A DNA stretch of 64,000 nucleotides, from the IMG/VR virus record IMGVR_UViG_3300031134_000004, positions 96,001-160,000 of that record. One strand, written 5' to 3'. Positions within the stretch are counted from its first letter, which is position 1. Every line of letters begins with the position of its first letter. The translations under genes were made by a program, and so were the position numbers. The stretch is from a virus (Duplodnaviria > Caudoviricetes). This document shows positions 19,094-28,183 of the stretch, in pieces. The notes below the pieces were generated by a model. It was not told the origin of the DNA. It worked only from the letters and a program-made list of their open reading frames with translations, and searched no databases.

Positions 19094-19513
19094 ATGGATA
19101 CCTCAAAACGCGAACCTGTTCCGCAAGACGTGATTGATAAAATCAACGCCAGCCTCGATGCACAACAACCGCCATTTACTCCGAAGATGCGCGCTTACTG
19201 GTTCGATAAAGGCATCGAGCATTACTACGAAGGCGTCGAGCACGGTTTGTCGCAAGTGCAATCGGAAGTGCATGTGGGTGGCTTGGTTGGTCAGCGCATT
19301 GCTACCGACATCTTTAACCTCTCCATGGGCCAAGCTGGCTTGCAGGAATTTAAAGAAGGCGTCATTGCGCAGAAAGACATGACGGAGATCTTTAACCTCA
19401 TGCTCCAGCAAGCCTTCATGAAAGGCATGCACTTTAACTACCTGTTACGGGAAAAGGGCATAACCAATCACGAAGAACTGTACAAACAGCTCGCACCAAA
19501 GAAAACCACTTAA
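19094..19513 (+). CDS. Hypothetical protein
   Basis: 139 aa, AAGGAG RBS. Confidence 0.75.
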   Translation: MDTSKREPVPQDVIDKINASLDAQQPPFTPKMRAYWFDKGIEHYYEGVEHGLSQVQSEVHVGGLVGQRIATDIFNLSMGQAGLQEFKEGVIAQKDMTEIFNLMLQQAFMKGMHFNYLLREKGITNHEELYKQLAPKKTT

Positions 19514-19534
19514 CACAACAAGGAAGAATTCCCC

Positions 19535-20395
19535 ATGACCATTCTCGCAGATCGCCAGATCAAACGCATGTCGATGCGTCCACCTTTCGTCGTGCTGCGC
19601 CACGATGCAAGCGAAACGTTCAGCTTTGAAACCGAAGCCGACTTGATCGCAAAGCGTGCCAAGAAAGAAATCGCACATTACGCGCCAGCTACCTCGGACA
19701 TTCTCGAGCGCTTGAACTGGCAGCCAATGATCGCCCCGTTCGAGCAAAAGAACGTGCGCATGGCAGAGCGCAGTGCAACCAAGCAAGAACTCCAGATCAT
19801 TCGTGGTCTGGGTAACGGCATTCGCTACGAACCAAAGAAAGCCGAAACGCTCCAGGCGCTGCAAGAACATCGCAGCAGTATCAAAGACGTGCGCGTTGAT
19901 CCAGTTCTGGGCGTGCAGGTGCTGGAAAAGATCCTGTCGTATGGCACCTCGAGTTTCGGCTACGACGTTACGTTGCAAGACGAATTCCGTATCTTCACCA
20001 ACGTCAACGGCGGCATCATCGATCCACTGAACTTCAGTGAAGAATGCCTCGTGCCATTCAAAGGCGACGTGTGCATCATTCCACCCAACAGCTATATCCT
20101 GGGTGTGACGCGGGAATACTTCAAGATTCCACGCAACGTGATGGTGGCCTGCGTTGGCAAATCGACTTACGCACGCTGCGGCGCCATCGTGAACGTGACG
20201 CCGATTGAACCTGGCTTTGAAGGCCATGTTGTCATCGAAATTTCGAATGCAACGAACCTGCCACTGATGGTCTACGCCAATCAAGGCGTGGCGCAGTTCA
20301 TGTTCTTCCAAGGCGACGAAGAGTGCGAAACTTCCTACGCTGATAAGGAAGGCAAGTACCAAGGTCAGACCGGCATGACGCTGGCCAAGGTGTAA
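19535..20395 (+). CDS. dcd: dCTP deaminase with two N-terminal insertions
   Basis: [42 protein letters not shown] motifs of proteobacterial Dcd. Confidence 0.92.
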   Translation: MTILADRQIKRMSMRPPFVVLRHDASETFSFETEADLIAKRAKKEIAHYAPATSDILERLNWQPMIAPFEQKNVRMAERSATKQELQIIRGLGNGIRYEPKKAETLQALQEHRSSIKDVRVDPVLGVQVLEKILSYGTSSFGYDVTLQDEFRIFTNVNGGIIDPLNFSEECLVPFKGDVCIIPPNSYILGVTREYFKIPRNVMVACVGKSTYARCGAIVNVTPIEPGFEGHVVIEISNATNLPLMVYANQGVAQFMFFQGDEECETSYADKEGKYQGQTGMTLAKV

Positions 20396-20398
20396 GCC

Positions 20399-20896
20399 AT
20401 GAAGCAATCTGAACTGGAAGAGTCAATCGGCAAGAAAGCGCGGATCAATGGCGGTCGTGACTTGGGCATGATTGCCGAGATGCGCTCCGTCATTGGTGAA
20501 TTGTGCACGGTTGTCAAACGGTGCAAGAGCGGCTTGGTCTTGGTGGAACACGAAGGCAAGCACTATTCGCTGGCGTTGTACAACCTCGACAAAATCGGCA
20601 CCTACATCGAGGGTGGTAAATACAGCGATGAAGTGGGCTTGAAGCTGGTGTGGACGGCGCAAGAAAAGTCGCCAGGTATTTTGGAGACTACCTACAAAGA
20701 GCACGAGCTGATGATGCGTCCTGTGGGTGGTGGTTCAGAATACGACGGGATCTCCGACGGTTGTATCGTCTACGGCTCGGACGACTTGGAAGACATCGAG
20801 CGTCACCTGATGTGGTTCGTTAATGGCGTACCATTTCCAAAGCGTCCCACTCTCCTTGTTCGTGAGGTCAGTGTCAACGTTGTACCGAAAGGATAG
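20399..20896 (+). CDS. Hypothetical protein
   Basis: 165 aa ORF in operon. Confidence 0.7.
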   Translation: MKQSELEESIGKKARINGGRDLGMIAEMRSVIGELCTVVKRCKSGLVLVEHEGKHYSLALYNLDKIGTYIEGGKYSDEVGLKLVWTAQEKSPGILETTYKEHELMMRPVGGGSEYDGISDGCIVYGSDDLEDIERHLMWFVNGVPFPKRPTLLVREVSVNVVPKG

Positions 20897-20899
20897 ATC

Positions 20900-21025
20900 G
20901 TGAAAATGCGTAAGCGTAAGAAGGCGCACTACAAGTTCGTCAAGTGCTGGCGGCGTTGGTGGCGTTGGCGTCGGTTTGGTGAGATGTTCTTCCCCACAAT
21001 CGTCATTGGTCCAGAAGACCTGTAA
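20900..21025 (+). CDS. 41 aa Arg/Trp-rich basic peptide
   Basis: GTG start, MKMRKRKKAHYKFVKCWRRWWRWRRFGEMFFPTIVIGPEDL; fills the gap before a terminator hairpin; below the ORF-track cutoff. Confidence 0.6.
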   Translation: MKMRKRKKAHYKFVKCWRRWWRWRRFGEMFFPTIVIGPEDL

Positions 21026-21073
21026 GTACGGTGGCGGCCTTCGGGTCGCCTTTAATTTAAAGAGGAGTAACAA

Positions 21074-21496
21074 GTGAGCAAGATTACTGAACTGAACCAG
21101 TTTCGTCAACAGCGTGAACAAAAAGCAAAGGAAACTGAGCAAGAAGAAATCACGGAGCTGATGGTCAATCCAGTCATTCACGGCATGAACAATCTTGTTT
21201 TCGTCGTGCGTGGTAACGGTAAGGTCGTAGAACTGTATCAGAAAAAGAATGCAGACGATCCGTTTGACAAGTGGGAATTTAAAGGCCATCACCACTGCGA
21301 TCATCTGTTGCATTTGGCATTGATGACAGCAGGCGTACTGGAACAAAAGGTCTTCATGCTGCGCGACAAGTACGAGCCGGAGTCTATTCGCATGGACTTA
21401 CCGCCTTCGTTTGGCGTACCCACTGGTGTTACGCCTGATGGCAAAGAAACAGGTTACACCGAGCAATACGAAAACAAACCAAAAGACGGCAAGTAA
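21074..21496 (+). CDS. Hypothetical protein
   Basis: GTG start after AGAGGAG RBS. Confidence 0.7.
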   Translation: MSKITELNQFRQQREQKAKETEQEEITELMVNPVIHGMNNLVFVVRGNGKVVELYQKKNADDPFDKWEFKGHHHCDHLLHLALMTAGVLEQKVFMLRDKYEPESIRMDLPPSFGVPTGVTPDGKETGYTEQYENKPKDGK

Positions 21497-21525
21497 GCGT
21501 CAATAACTAAACAAGGAAAACAACC

Positions 21526-22548
21526 ATGTTTGCAACACAAGAACAAGTCGCACAATTAAAGGTTCGCGCATTGGGATGGCAAGCACATGGCTACCCAGGC
21601 GCTGACCCACTTATGCCCGCAGTGCTGGACCTACTTCTGCAATTACCTGACATCGCTCCTTTGTGGAGCTGCGAAGGTCACTATCCGGATCGCAACACTG
21701 GTGATGAGCGTGATGAAGATTTCTACATCATGTTCGCCGCTACGCGCCACGGCTTGGCGGTGCTGGAAGAACTGTACGTCGGCATGCAACAATACCTGCT
21801 GCCGCTGCAACAAACGTACGACACCTTCATCCTCAAGCGTAAAAAGCTGCGTGAGAAGGGTGAGAATCTTCCACCACCAGTACCAGTGAACCCCGGTCTG
21901 AATGCGCTGCGTTTGGCAATTGGTAACCGCCTCCATCCTGAATGCGGTCCCGATGGTCCGTTCGAATGGTGCAACGTGATTAACTTCACGGGTAAGACCA
22001 ATACACCATCGTCCAAACACATGTTCTTCGAAGGCATCATCCCGGTGCTGCAAGAGATGATTGAGAGTCGCAAGAATCTCTTCTACAAGAATGTCCGGCT
22101 GCAACGCGTTAAAGCGCCAAATGTACAGACTGGTTTCTTCGAATGGTCACCTGAATTGATCGACAAGGCAATCGCTGTCTTTAACAAGCGTGCCCCTGTT
22201 CATGGTGAGTTTGGTTACGAATACAGTTTCCGTGCACCGAATTCACGCGCTCGCCACATCCAGATCCACGAGGACATGGTCTCGCACCGTGCGTCGAACA
22301 TGCGTGTTGTGGATGGGTGGATCGTCTGCGACATTGAGGTCATCAAGGCTACGCCATTCGGTGAAATCATCAGCCGTGAAATCGGTAAGACGTATCCAGA
22401 ACACACCGACCCAGTCGAGATCGACAAGGCGATGTACTTCAAGATACGCTTCATGGCCTATAAAGAAGCCGGTGACGCAATAGTTAGTGATCTGGCTTTC
22501 ATTACGGTCGACGCCAATCGCTTACCACAGAAAAAGGAGCCAGCATGA
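21526..22548 (+). CDS. Two-domain protein: N-terminal SCEGH domain plus degenerate prohead-protease-like C-terminus
   Basis: WSCEGHY motif; C-terminal GEFG...VSH...TPFG spacing as in T4 gp21-type proteases but no S-S-R-G serine motif. Confidence 0.5.
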   Translation: MFATQEQVAQLKVRALGWQAHGYPGADPLMPAVLDLLLQLPDIAPLWSCEGHYPDRNTGDERDEDFYIMFAATRHGLAVLEELYVGMQQYLLPLQQTYDTFILKRKKLREKGENLPPPVPVNPGLNALRLAIGNRLHPECGPDGPFEWCNVINFTGKTNTPSSKHMFFEGIIPVLQEMIESRKNLFYKNVRLQRVKAPNVQTGFFEWSPELIDKAIAVFNKRAPVHGEFGYEYSFRAPNSRARHIQIHEDMVSHRASNMRVVDGWIVCDIEVIKATPFGEIISREIGKTYPEHTDPVEIDKAMYFKIRFMAYKEAGDAIVSDLAFITVDANRLPQKKEPA

Positions 22549-23222
22549 TGAGTCAAGAGCATCGCACTAAACCGTACTCGCCAGAAAACATTGAGCTTTT
22601 AGCCCGGTTGCACGTCCTGTCACTTTTTGCCGAGACTGGTTATAGCCTTCATTCCAACAGCCATGGCGACACGTACGACGTTGTGTTGGCTGACATGCCA
22701 GGTCCAGAAGTGCGAACAAGTGCCTCGGAAATTTTGTGGTATCCACTGAGCGAGGCCATTAAACTCCTTGAAAAGTACATGGATGATCGGTACATCAACT
22801 ACCCCTTGGCTGGTGATACCGAGATTCGCAAGGAAGCGTTCTGGCACGATAAAAACAGTGGGCAAGTCTTTGAGTATCCACAAGGGCAAGCTGCTCTCGC
22901 GCCGTGGTTAGGTAAGCAGTACTTCGCCAGCCAACTCGCTGCAGTTGAAGGTATCTTGCTTAACGAGAACGTTCTGCAAGACTTCCGTTTCCCGCCAGTG
23001 ATCCAGTACCGCAGTGCAATTCGCTGCCTGGCGTGCGACACAAGTGTGGGTGGTACGGTGTACTCGTACGGCGGGTGGAAGTGGCCACAAGGCTTACTGC
23101 ACTACGTCATCGAACACAACTACCGCCCTACCGATGCGTTCATCAGCTTCATTCGCGGCTTGAACGTCAAACAAATCATCAAGACGGACTTGTCCGTTGT
23201 CAATCAACGAAAGGAGAATTAG
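22545..23222 (+). CDS. Hypothetical protein with C-terminal CxxC...WP..L.HY...H domain
   Basis: CLAC...WKWPQGLLHYVIEHNYRP putative metal-binding motif. Confidence 0.7.
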   Translation: MMSQEHRTKPYSPENIELLARLHVLSLFAETGYSLHSNSHGDTYDVVLADMPGPEVRTSASEILWYPLSEAIKLLEKYMDDRYINYPLAGDTEIRKEAFWHDKNSGQVFEYPQGQAALAPWLGKQYFASQLAAVEGILLNENVLQDFRFPPVIQYRSAIRCLACDTSVGGTVYSYGGWKWPQGLLHYVIEHNYRPTDAFISFIRGLNVKQIIKTDLSVVNQRKEN

Positions 23223-23223
23223 C

Positions 23224-23412
23224 ATGATCCTCGACTGGACGCAAGACCCGCAGGTGCCAGAACTGCAAACGGCATTTTATCGCCGTGAGAATCTGCGCAT
23301 CGAAAAGCAAGGTGAAGGCGACTACGCCGGTTACGTCGGTTCCATGGACCACGCCTTCGTGGGTGAGACGCCTGAAGAAGTCGAAGGCAAGCTCATCGAG
23401 TTTCTCGGTTAA
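23224..23412 (+). CDS. Hypothetical protein
   Basis: 62 aa, AAGGAG RBS. Confidence 0.6.
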   Translation: MILDWTQDPQVPELQTAFYRRENLRIEKQGEGDYAGYVGSMDHAFVGETPEEVEGKLIEFLG

Positions 23413-23429
23413 ACAAAGGAAGGAGTAGC

Positions 23430-24098
23430 ATGTCAGGATTAAGTCACACAGATTTGAAAGGGCGTATCTTACGCCGCTTCATCTGTGGCGAAACGTTCCA
23501 TTCCATCGGTTCGGACTTCGCTATTCAGCACAGCATGGCAAGGACGCTCTCGCAAACGTTCATCCGTGAGTTGTGGGCGTATATCAAAGAGTTCGATATC
23601 GAACACCCCTACACGGCAGAGAACTACCCGCACGCGTTCATTGGGCATTCGACAAAGAAGAGCTTCATGCCTTACTACTTGACGCCGCTTGACATGCGCG
23701 CGCAAGCGAAGTTCTGGACCAAGCTCATCGACCGGGTGCTCTCTGAACGGGGTAGCGTTAAGCGGAGCTTAACCGAAAAGGATGCTTTCCAGCGTTTGGA
23801 ATTAAAGACGCGACCGACCATTGCTTTAGAGCGCGAAGGTGTGGCAACGATCGGTGATTTGTTCAAACTCATCGCTGACAAAGAGCGCTGGTTAAACATC
23901 GTCGGTTTTGGTGAAGCCACACGTAGCCATATCCTGAACAAGTTGTCGTACCATGGTTTTCATGCTGAGACGGAGTCAACGCCTGAGACCATGAAAGAAA
24001 TCATGCTTCGGGCATTGGCGTGTATCAAGAACCCTGGTGACTTCGACGTTGCTCAGCGGGAGCGACTCATCGCGGCGCTTGAAGAACGTACGAAATAA
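23430..24098 (+). CDS. HTH plus RNA polymerase alpha-CTD-like protein
   Basis: N-term GETFHSIGSDFAIQHSMAR (sigma-region-4-like HTH); LELKTRPTIALEREGVATIGDL...IVGFGEATRSHI matches alpha-CTD pattern. Confidence 0.6.
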   Translation: MSGLSHTDLKGRILRRFICGETFHSIGSDFAIQHSMARTLSQTFIRELWAYIKEFDIEHPYTAENYPHAFIGHSTKKSFMPYYLTPLDMRAQAKFWTKLIDRVLSERGSVKRSLTEKDAFQRLELKTRPTIALEREGVATIGDLFKLIADKERWLNIVGFGEATRSHILNKLSYHGFHAETESTPETMKEIMLRALACIKNPGDFDVAQRERLIAALEERTK

Positions 24099-24157
24099 CA
24101 CCAGCAACATAAAGAGAGGGCGCTTGCCCTCTCTATGACAAACAAGGAAAAACAATC

Positions 24158-24412
24158 ATGAAAATCGGTGAACAAGTCAAAGAAGGTACGATGGTGGTGA
24201 TGGGTGACCAAGCCTGGGGCGTCACGTACAACGACGGCAAGTCGTGCAGTTATGGTTGGGTCAATCCAGCCCAAGCACAAATGGGTACGGAGTTTGTCAA
24301 GAAGCCTACCGACGTAACGTACCCTGGCAGCTCGTATGAGCGCGAACTTAACAAGCCCGGCGTTAAGGTCGTGAAGGTGCGTCGCACGACTACGATTGAA
24401 GTCGTCGGCTAA
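24158..24412 (+). CDS. Hypothetical protein
   Basis: 84 aa, AAACAAGGAA RBS. Confidence 0.7.
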   Translation: MKIGEQVKEGTMVVMGDQAWGVTYNDGKSCSYGWVNPAQAQMGTEFVKKPTDVTYPGSSYERELNKPGVKVVKVRRTTTIEVVG

Positions 24413-24433
24413 TTAAACAAGGAGTCAATAATC

Positions 24434-24859
24434 GTGGCTGTTAAGAAAAGCTATAACCTGGTAGTCATCGACCTTTTGAGCGTTGCGCTTGAAAAGAATA
24501 TCGCCACCACCACAAAGCCTAATTTGGAAGTCTTCATCGACTTGCAAATGATCGAGGACGAACTGGTGTACGACAATGAAGTCTACAACAGTACGCTCTT
24601 GCTGACGAACAATCTCAATGATGCCAAGGTCGGTATCAAAGTAACCGGTAAAGTCCAACCAGCACTGGTTGTAACGCTCTACAGTCGCGGCATTGATACG
24701 GTGCAAGTGTTTGATGGCGTCCTTCACGAAACGTTCTCTGAAGCGATTGTAGCTGCTGCAGCTGACTTCATTATCGATTTCTTCTGCACCGGGGAATACC
24801 TCAGTACCGAGAAGTTCGTGCTGAAGTATCCGATTGTTCTGGACGCTAGTCTCGGCTAA
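24434..24859 (+). CDS. Hypothetical protein (A..I..FL..G.YP paralog family)
   Basis: C-terminal AAADFIIDFFCTGEY. Confidence 0.7.
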   Translation: MAVKKSYNLVVIDLLSVALEKNIATTTKPNLEVFIDLQMIEDELVYDNEVYNSTLLLTNNLNDAKVGIKVTGKVQPALVVTLYSRGIDTVQVFDGVLHETFSEAIVAAAADFIIDFFCTGEYLSTEKFVLKYPIVLDASLG

Positions 24860-24927
24860 TACCCGGCATAAGAGAGTAAGGTTACCCTTACTCTTTTTTT
24901 TTTGTCTGTTCTATTTGTTTTTGGCCC

Positions 24928-24935
24928 TATATTAC
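24928..24935 (+). promoter_or_regulatory. phiKZ-type early promoter (TATATTAC)
   Basis: Exact consensus just after a terminator, upstream of 25010. Confidence 0.65.
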
Positions 24936-25009
24936 TTTCATGAGTTAATCCCTAACTCTTTACTCACCTCAGGCAGAGGGTATCTGTCTTTACTTGGAAA
25001 AGGACTGTA

Positions 25010-25732
25010 ATGAATAACGACACTATGCTGGCATTGGCGCAAATCTTTGTCAACAATCCCATCGACACCAAACTGCATGACGCTAAGTTTGAACCCTTTC
25101 AAAAGCCCCGTTCGTACGAAGTGCGCATCGCGTGGTTTAACCGCATTCTCGAAGCAATGAAGCAGTTGGGTTACACTGACTACGAATTCTTCCGTCCTGA
25201 ATCCGGTTCGAGCGAAGCCTCGCCAAACAAAACCGAAGTGTCGATTAACAACTACTGCATCGTGGAATTCCAATCGGTTATTTCGCGCACCTTACTTGAA
25301 CTGTATGGTCAAGAGAAAGACTGGAGCCATCCAGCAGTACTTATGCTCATGAAAGCAGTTGTTAGTGGTGAGATGAAGACGTATCTGCACAGCCGGGTAC
25401 TGTGGAACGTCTGGTCACCCATGAAGCTGTTCGTCAACATGGTTGGCGGCGCTGTACGTTCGCGTCAATTCGATCTGCGTATTCGCGGTGGGGTCAGTTC
25501 CATTCTTTTGGAACGAACTGCTGACAAGATCGTGGAAAACACGACGATGCAGTTGGCCAAGCAAGATCAAGTGGTGTGCTTTTACCACAACCATCTTTTT
25601 CTTCAGGCTGATCCACGCACAATTAAAGCGAAGATCGACTCGCAAGGCATTCCGTTTGTGTATTGGGTCGGTGAAGACATCCAAGCATTAAATAAAGCGG
25701 CTCGTGCCTACAAGATCGACATCGTTAAATAA
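25010..25732 (+). CDS. Hypothetical protein
   Basis: 240 aa, AAAGGA RBS. Confidence 0.75.
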   Translation: MNNDTMLALAQIFVNNPIDTKLHDAKFEPFQKPRSYEVRIAWFNRILEAMKQLGYTDYEFFRPESGSSEASPNKTEVSINNYCIVEFQSVISRTLLELYGQEKDWSHPAVLMLMKAVVSGEMKTYLHSRVLWNVWSPMKLFVNMVGGAVRSRQFDLRIRGGVSSILLERTADKIVENTTMQLAKQDQVVCFYHNHLFLQADPRTIKAKIDSQGIPFVYWVGEDIQALNKAARAYKIDIVK

Positions 25733-25749
25733 ACAAGGAAGAACAAATC

Positions 25750-26154
25750 ATGAATCGAATTACTACCGAGACTTCGGAAAACATCCAAAAGAAAATCGCT
25801 TGGGCTGTGAGCGAACTTAATAAAGACAAATGGAATCGCAGCGTCATGACGTCGCCCTCGCCAAACAAAACCAAGCTGCGCATTGTCTTGGCAAAGGACG
25901 GCGCCGATGCACTCATGGCTGCCGGTGGTCTGAAGGGCGTGCGTTTTGCTGACGTGATGCCTGAGTCGCTCGATAGCATTGTCGTTGGCCTCTTTCCTGA
26001 TGCAAGCGCCGGTGTGCCGTTTGATGATCCAACCGGGATTGCCTACTCGCCCGACAAAGACGAAACGTTGGATGAACTCATCGTCACCATCGCCAAGGAC
26101 ATCTTCGCTTACCTCGAAGACGGTGTGGAACCGAACGACTTGACCTTGGGCTAA
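25750..26154 (+). CDS. Hypothetical protein (paralog family)
   Basis: C-terminal IAKDIFAYLEDGVEP. Confidence 0.75.
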   Translation: MNRITTETSENIQKKIAWAVSELNKDKWNRSVMTSPSPNKTKLRIVLAKDGADALMAAGGLKGVRFADVMPESLDSIVVGLFPDASAGVPFDDPTGIAYSPDKDETLDELIVTIAKDIFAYLEDGVEPNDLTLG

Positions 26155-26573
26155 TGATGAACGACTTGACTATATTTGCAGACACAATCTTCAACAAACT
26201 GCGACCACTGTGCACCAATACGCATTCATTCCAAATGGCGCGCTTTCAAGAAGATGCAAAGAGCGGCGTATTTCTGTGCTCGATTCTCTACGCTTCGAAC
26301 GCAGACTTTAAAGCGTATCAAGAAAACGAAGAAAGTAACAAAAGTCTGTACAAACTTGCCTTGGGTACGCGAATGGCGGACATCACGGTAAGTACTAAAG
26401 ACGATGGTCGTTACGAGTTGTCTTTGCGCACGGAAGAGAACGACAAGCACGGTATTGGTTTCTTGATTTTGTTGGGAGAGAGCGAGGCTGCTATTGAAAA
26501 CGCTGCCCATTACATCTTCGACTTTCTCGTCATGGGTACGTACCCAACAACACCAATATCGCGACTTCACTAA
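26154..26573 (+). CDS. Hypothetical protein (paralog family)
   Basis: C-terminal AAHYIFDFLVMGTYP. Confidence 0.75.
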   Translation: MMNDLTIFADTIFNKLRPLCTNTHSFQMARFQEDAKSGVFLCSILYASNADFKAYQENEESNKSLYKLALGTRMADITVSTKDDGRYELSLRTEENDKHGIGFLILLGESEAAIENAAHYIFDFLVMGTYPTTPISRLH

Positions 26574-26584
26574 GGAACCGCACC

Positions 26585-26830
26585 ATGAAGAAAGAACTGA
26601 CCCACGAAGAAATCGTCAAGCGCTGTGTGGAGCTGGACGATATGGCAAAAGAGAAGTCACTGACTGTGCACTACGTTGACGTGCATCGCAGAACGTTCCG
26701 TATCGCGTCAGCCAGTACGCTTTGGTGCTTACTCAATGAAGGTGAGCGCTACTGTATGGTCAAGCACAATAACTGCTTCTTGACTGAAGAAGAAGTCGAT
26801 GCAGCAATTGATCGTATTTTTCAAGTGTAA
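26585..26830 (+). CDS. Hypothetical protein
   Basis: 81 aa, TAAGGA RBS. Confidence 0.65.
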   Translation: MKKELTHEEIVKRCVELDDMAKEKSLTVHYVDVHRRTFRIASASTLWCLLNEGERYCMVKHNNCFLTEEEVDAAIDRIFQV

Positions 26831-26902
26831 TACCCTACTCTTCTTTAGCCGACTGAGTTAAAGAAGAAGCACACAAGTAACAATAAAAAGGAGTACTGTA
26901 GC

Positions 26903-27307
26903 ATGACTAAACCAAGCGTACGTCGTCAAGAAGAAATCAATGAGTTTATCGACCAAGTCGTTGAAATCATCGAAAAGATGCATCGTCAACATGGTCGTCC
27001 CGGCTGGCCTATGGTTGTCCAAAATGAAGTGGAGACTGTCTTTAACTTTGTTTTGGCAGACGATCAAGAACGACCACTCGCGGCAGGTAACCGTGTGGCC
27101 CAGATTAGCCTTACGAACGAAGACGAGATCGGGCTGTGGATGGAAATGTGCGGTGAACGGGGCGTGACGGGCGTTATGGGTACTGGCTTGACTGGTGAAC
27201 TCGACGAAGAGCACCTCATGCTGGACATGGCACCACGCGTAGCGCAAGACGCTTACAATTACATGGCATTCGGTCTGTACCCTGACGACATGCCAGCCGT
27301 TCATTAA
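26903..27307 (+). CDS. Hypothetical protein (paralog family)
   Basis: C-terminal VAQDAYNYMAFGLYP. Confidence 0.75.
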   Translation: MTKPSVRRQEEINEFIDQVVEIIEKMHRQHGRPGWPMVVQNEVETVFNFVLADDQERPLAAGNRVAQISLTNEDEIGLWMEMCGERGVTGVMGTGLTGELDEEHLMLDMAPRVAQDAYNYMAFGLYPDDMPAVH

Positions 27308-27316
27308 GGAGTCATC

Positions 27317-27703
27317 ATGACCAAAAAACTCAACGATCCAATCATGCTTATCATGATGCTGGTGGAAATGCGCTTAAAAGAAATGCACGGCTATACGCTG
27401 TGCTTTCACAACTTGCTTAACATGAACGGCAAACGCGTTACTGCTATCGAACACTTCGATCCAACGCTGGGCGCTAAGTCTTACAATGACGTGCGGGCTG
27501 TGGATATCCATGGCGGACCAAATGAAAAGCTCGGTTTGGTGTTTCTTGATAATGCCGCCGATGCTTTAAGTGGTGATGTGCGTGGCGTAGGTTACGTGCG
27601 CGATGAAAACCAAACTGACCAAGACCTGTACGTGGAAATGGCCGAAGACGCCTACAAATGGTTGATCAACGGCATCCATCCCGACATCCCACTCTTACAC
27701 TAA
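27317..27703 (+). CDS. Hypothetical protein (paralog family)
   Basis: C-terminal MAEDAYKWLINGIHP. Confidence 0.75.
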   Translation: MTKKLNDPIMLIMMLVEMRLKEMHGYTLCFHNLLNMNGKRVTAIEHFDPTLGAKSYNDVRAVDIHGGPNEKLGLVFLDNAADALSGDVRGVGYVRDENQTDQDLYVEMAEDAYKWLINGIHPDIPLLH

Positions 27704-27720
27704 AACAAGGAAGAACTATC

Positions 27721-28164
27721 ATGCCAGTTAATCACAGCAAGTATTTGGAGATGTACCAAAACCTCGACATCGTACTGGCTGAGCTGCTGCTCGTATCAGC
27801 TTCGCCTAGCACGGAGTTTTTGGTCGAGCAGATCGAAATCGATTTCGGTTTCCTCTATCCGGGTATGAAGTACACGGCCCGTACGCACGGCGGTGTGGTG
27901 ATGGTGCAAGCAGACAGCCGGTTGGACAACGGTTGCCTGGAAGTGCATTACTACAGAACACCTGCCGCCTACGAAATGGACATGGATGCGTTTGGTAACC
28001 AGCGCCGTCCTTTCCTGAACCCTGACATGGAGAAGATCCGCTTTACCAATCTGTTCTCGCCAGAATTTGGCAATGAATCAAATGAGCGGGCGGCTTCTTC
28101 CATCCTGAACTTCTTCCTGTGTGGCGGCGACTTGCCAAAGCCAGGCGCATACCGCAAGAACTAA
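27721..28164 (+). CDS. Hypothetical protein (paralog family)
   Basis: Start after AAACAAGGAA; C-terminal AASSILNFFLCGGDLP. Confidence 0.7.
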   Translation: MPVNHSKYLEMYQNLDIVLAELLLVSASPSTEFLVEQIEIDFGFLYPGMKYTARTHGGVVMVQADSRLDNGCLEVHYYRTPAAYEMDMDAFGNQRRPFLNPDMEKIRFTNLFSPEFGNESNERAASSILNFFLCGGDLPKPGAYRKN

Positions 28165-28183
28165 CAATCCAAGGGGTAGTACC

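Noticed and set aside
25010-25732. DNA polymerase fragment
   Set aside because: EFQSVIS and FYHNHLF loosely recall polymerase motifs, but the catalytic aspartates are absent.
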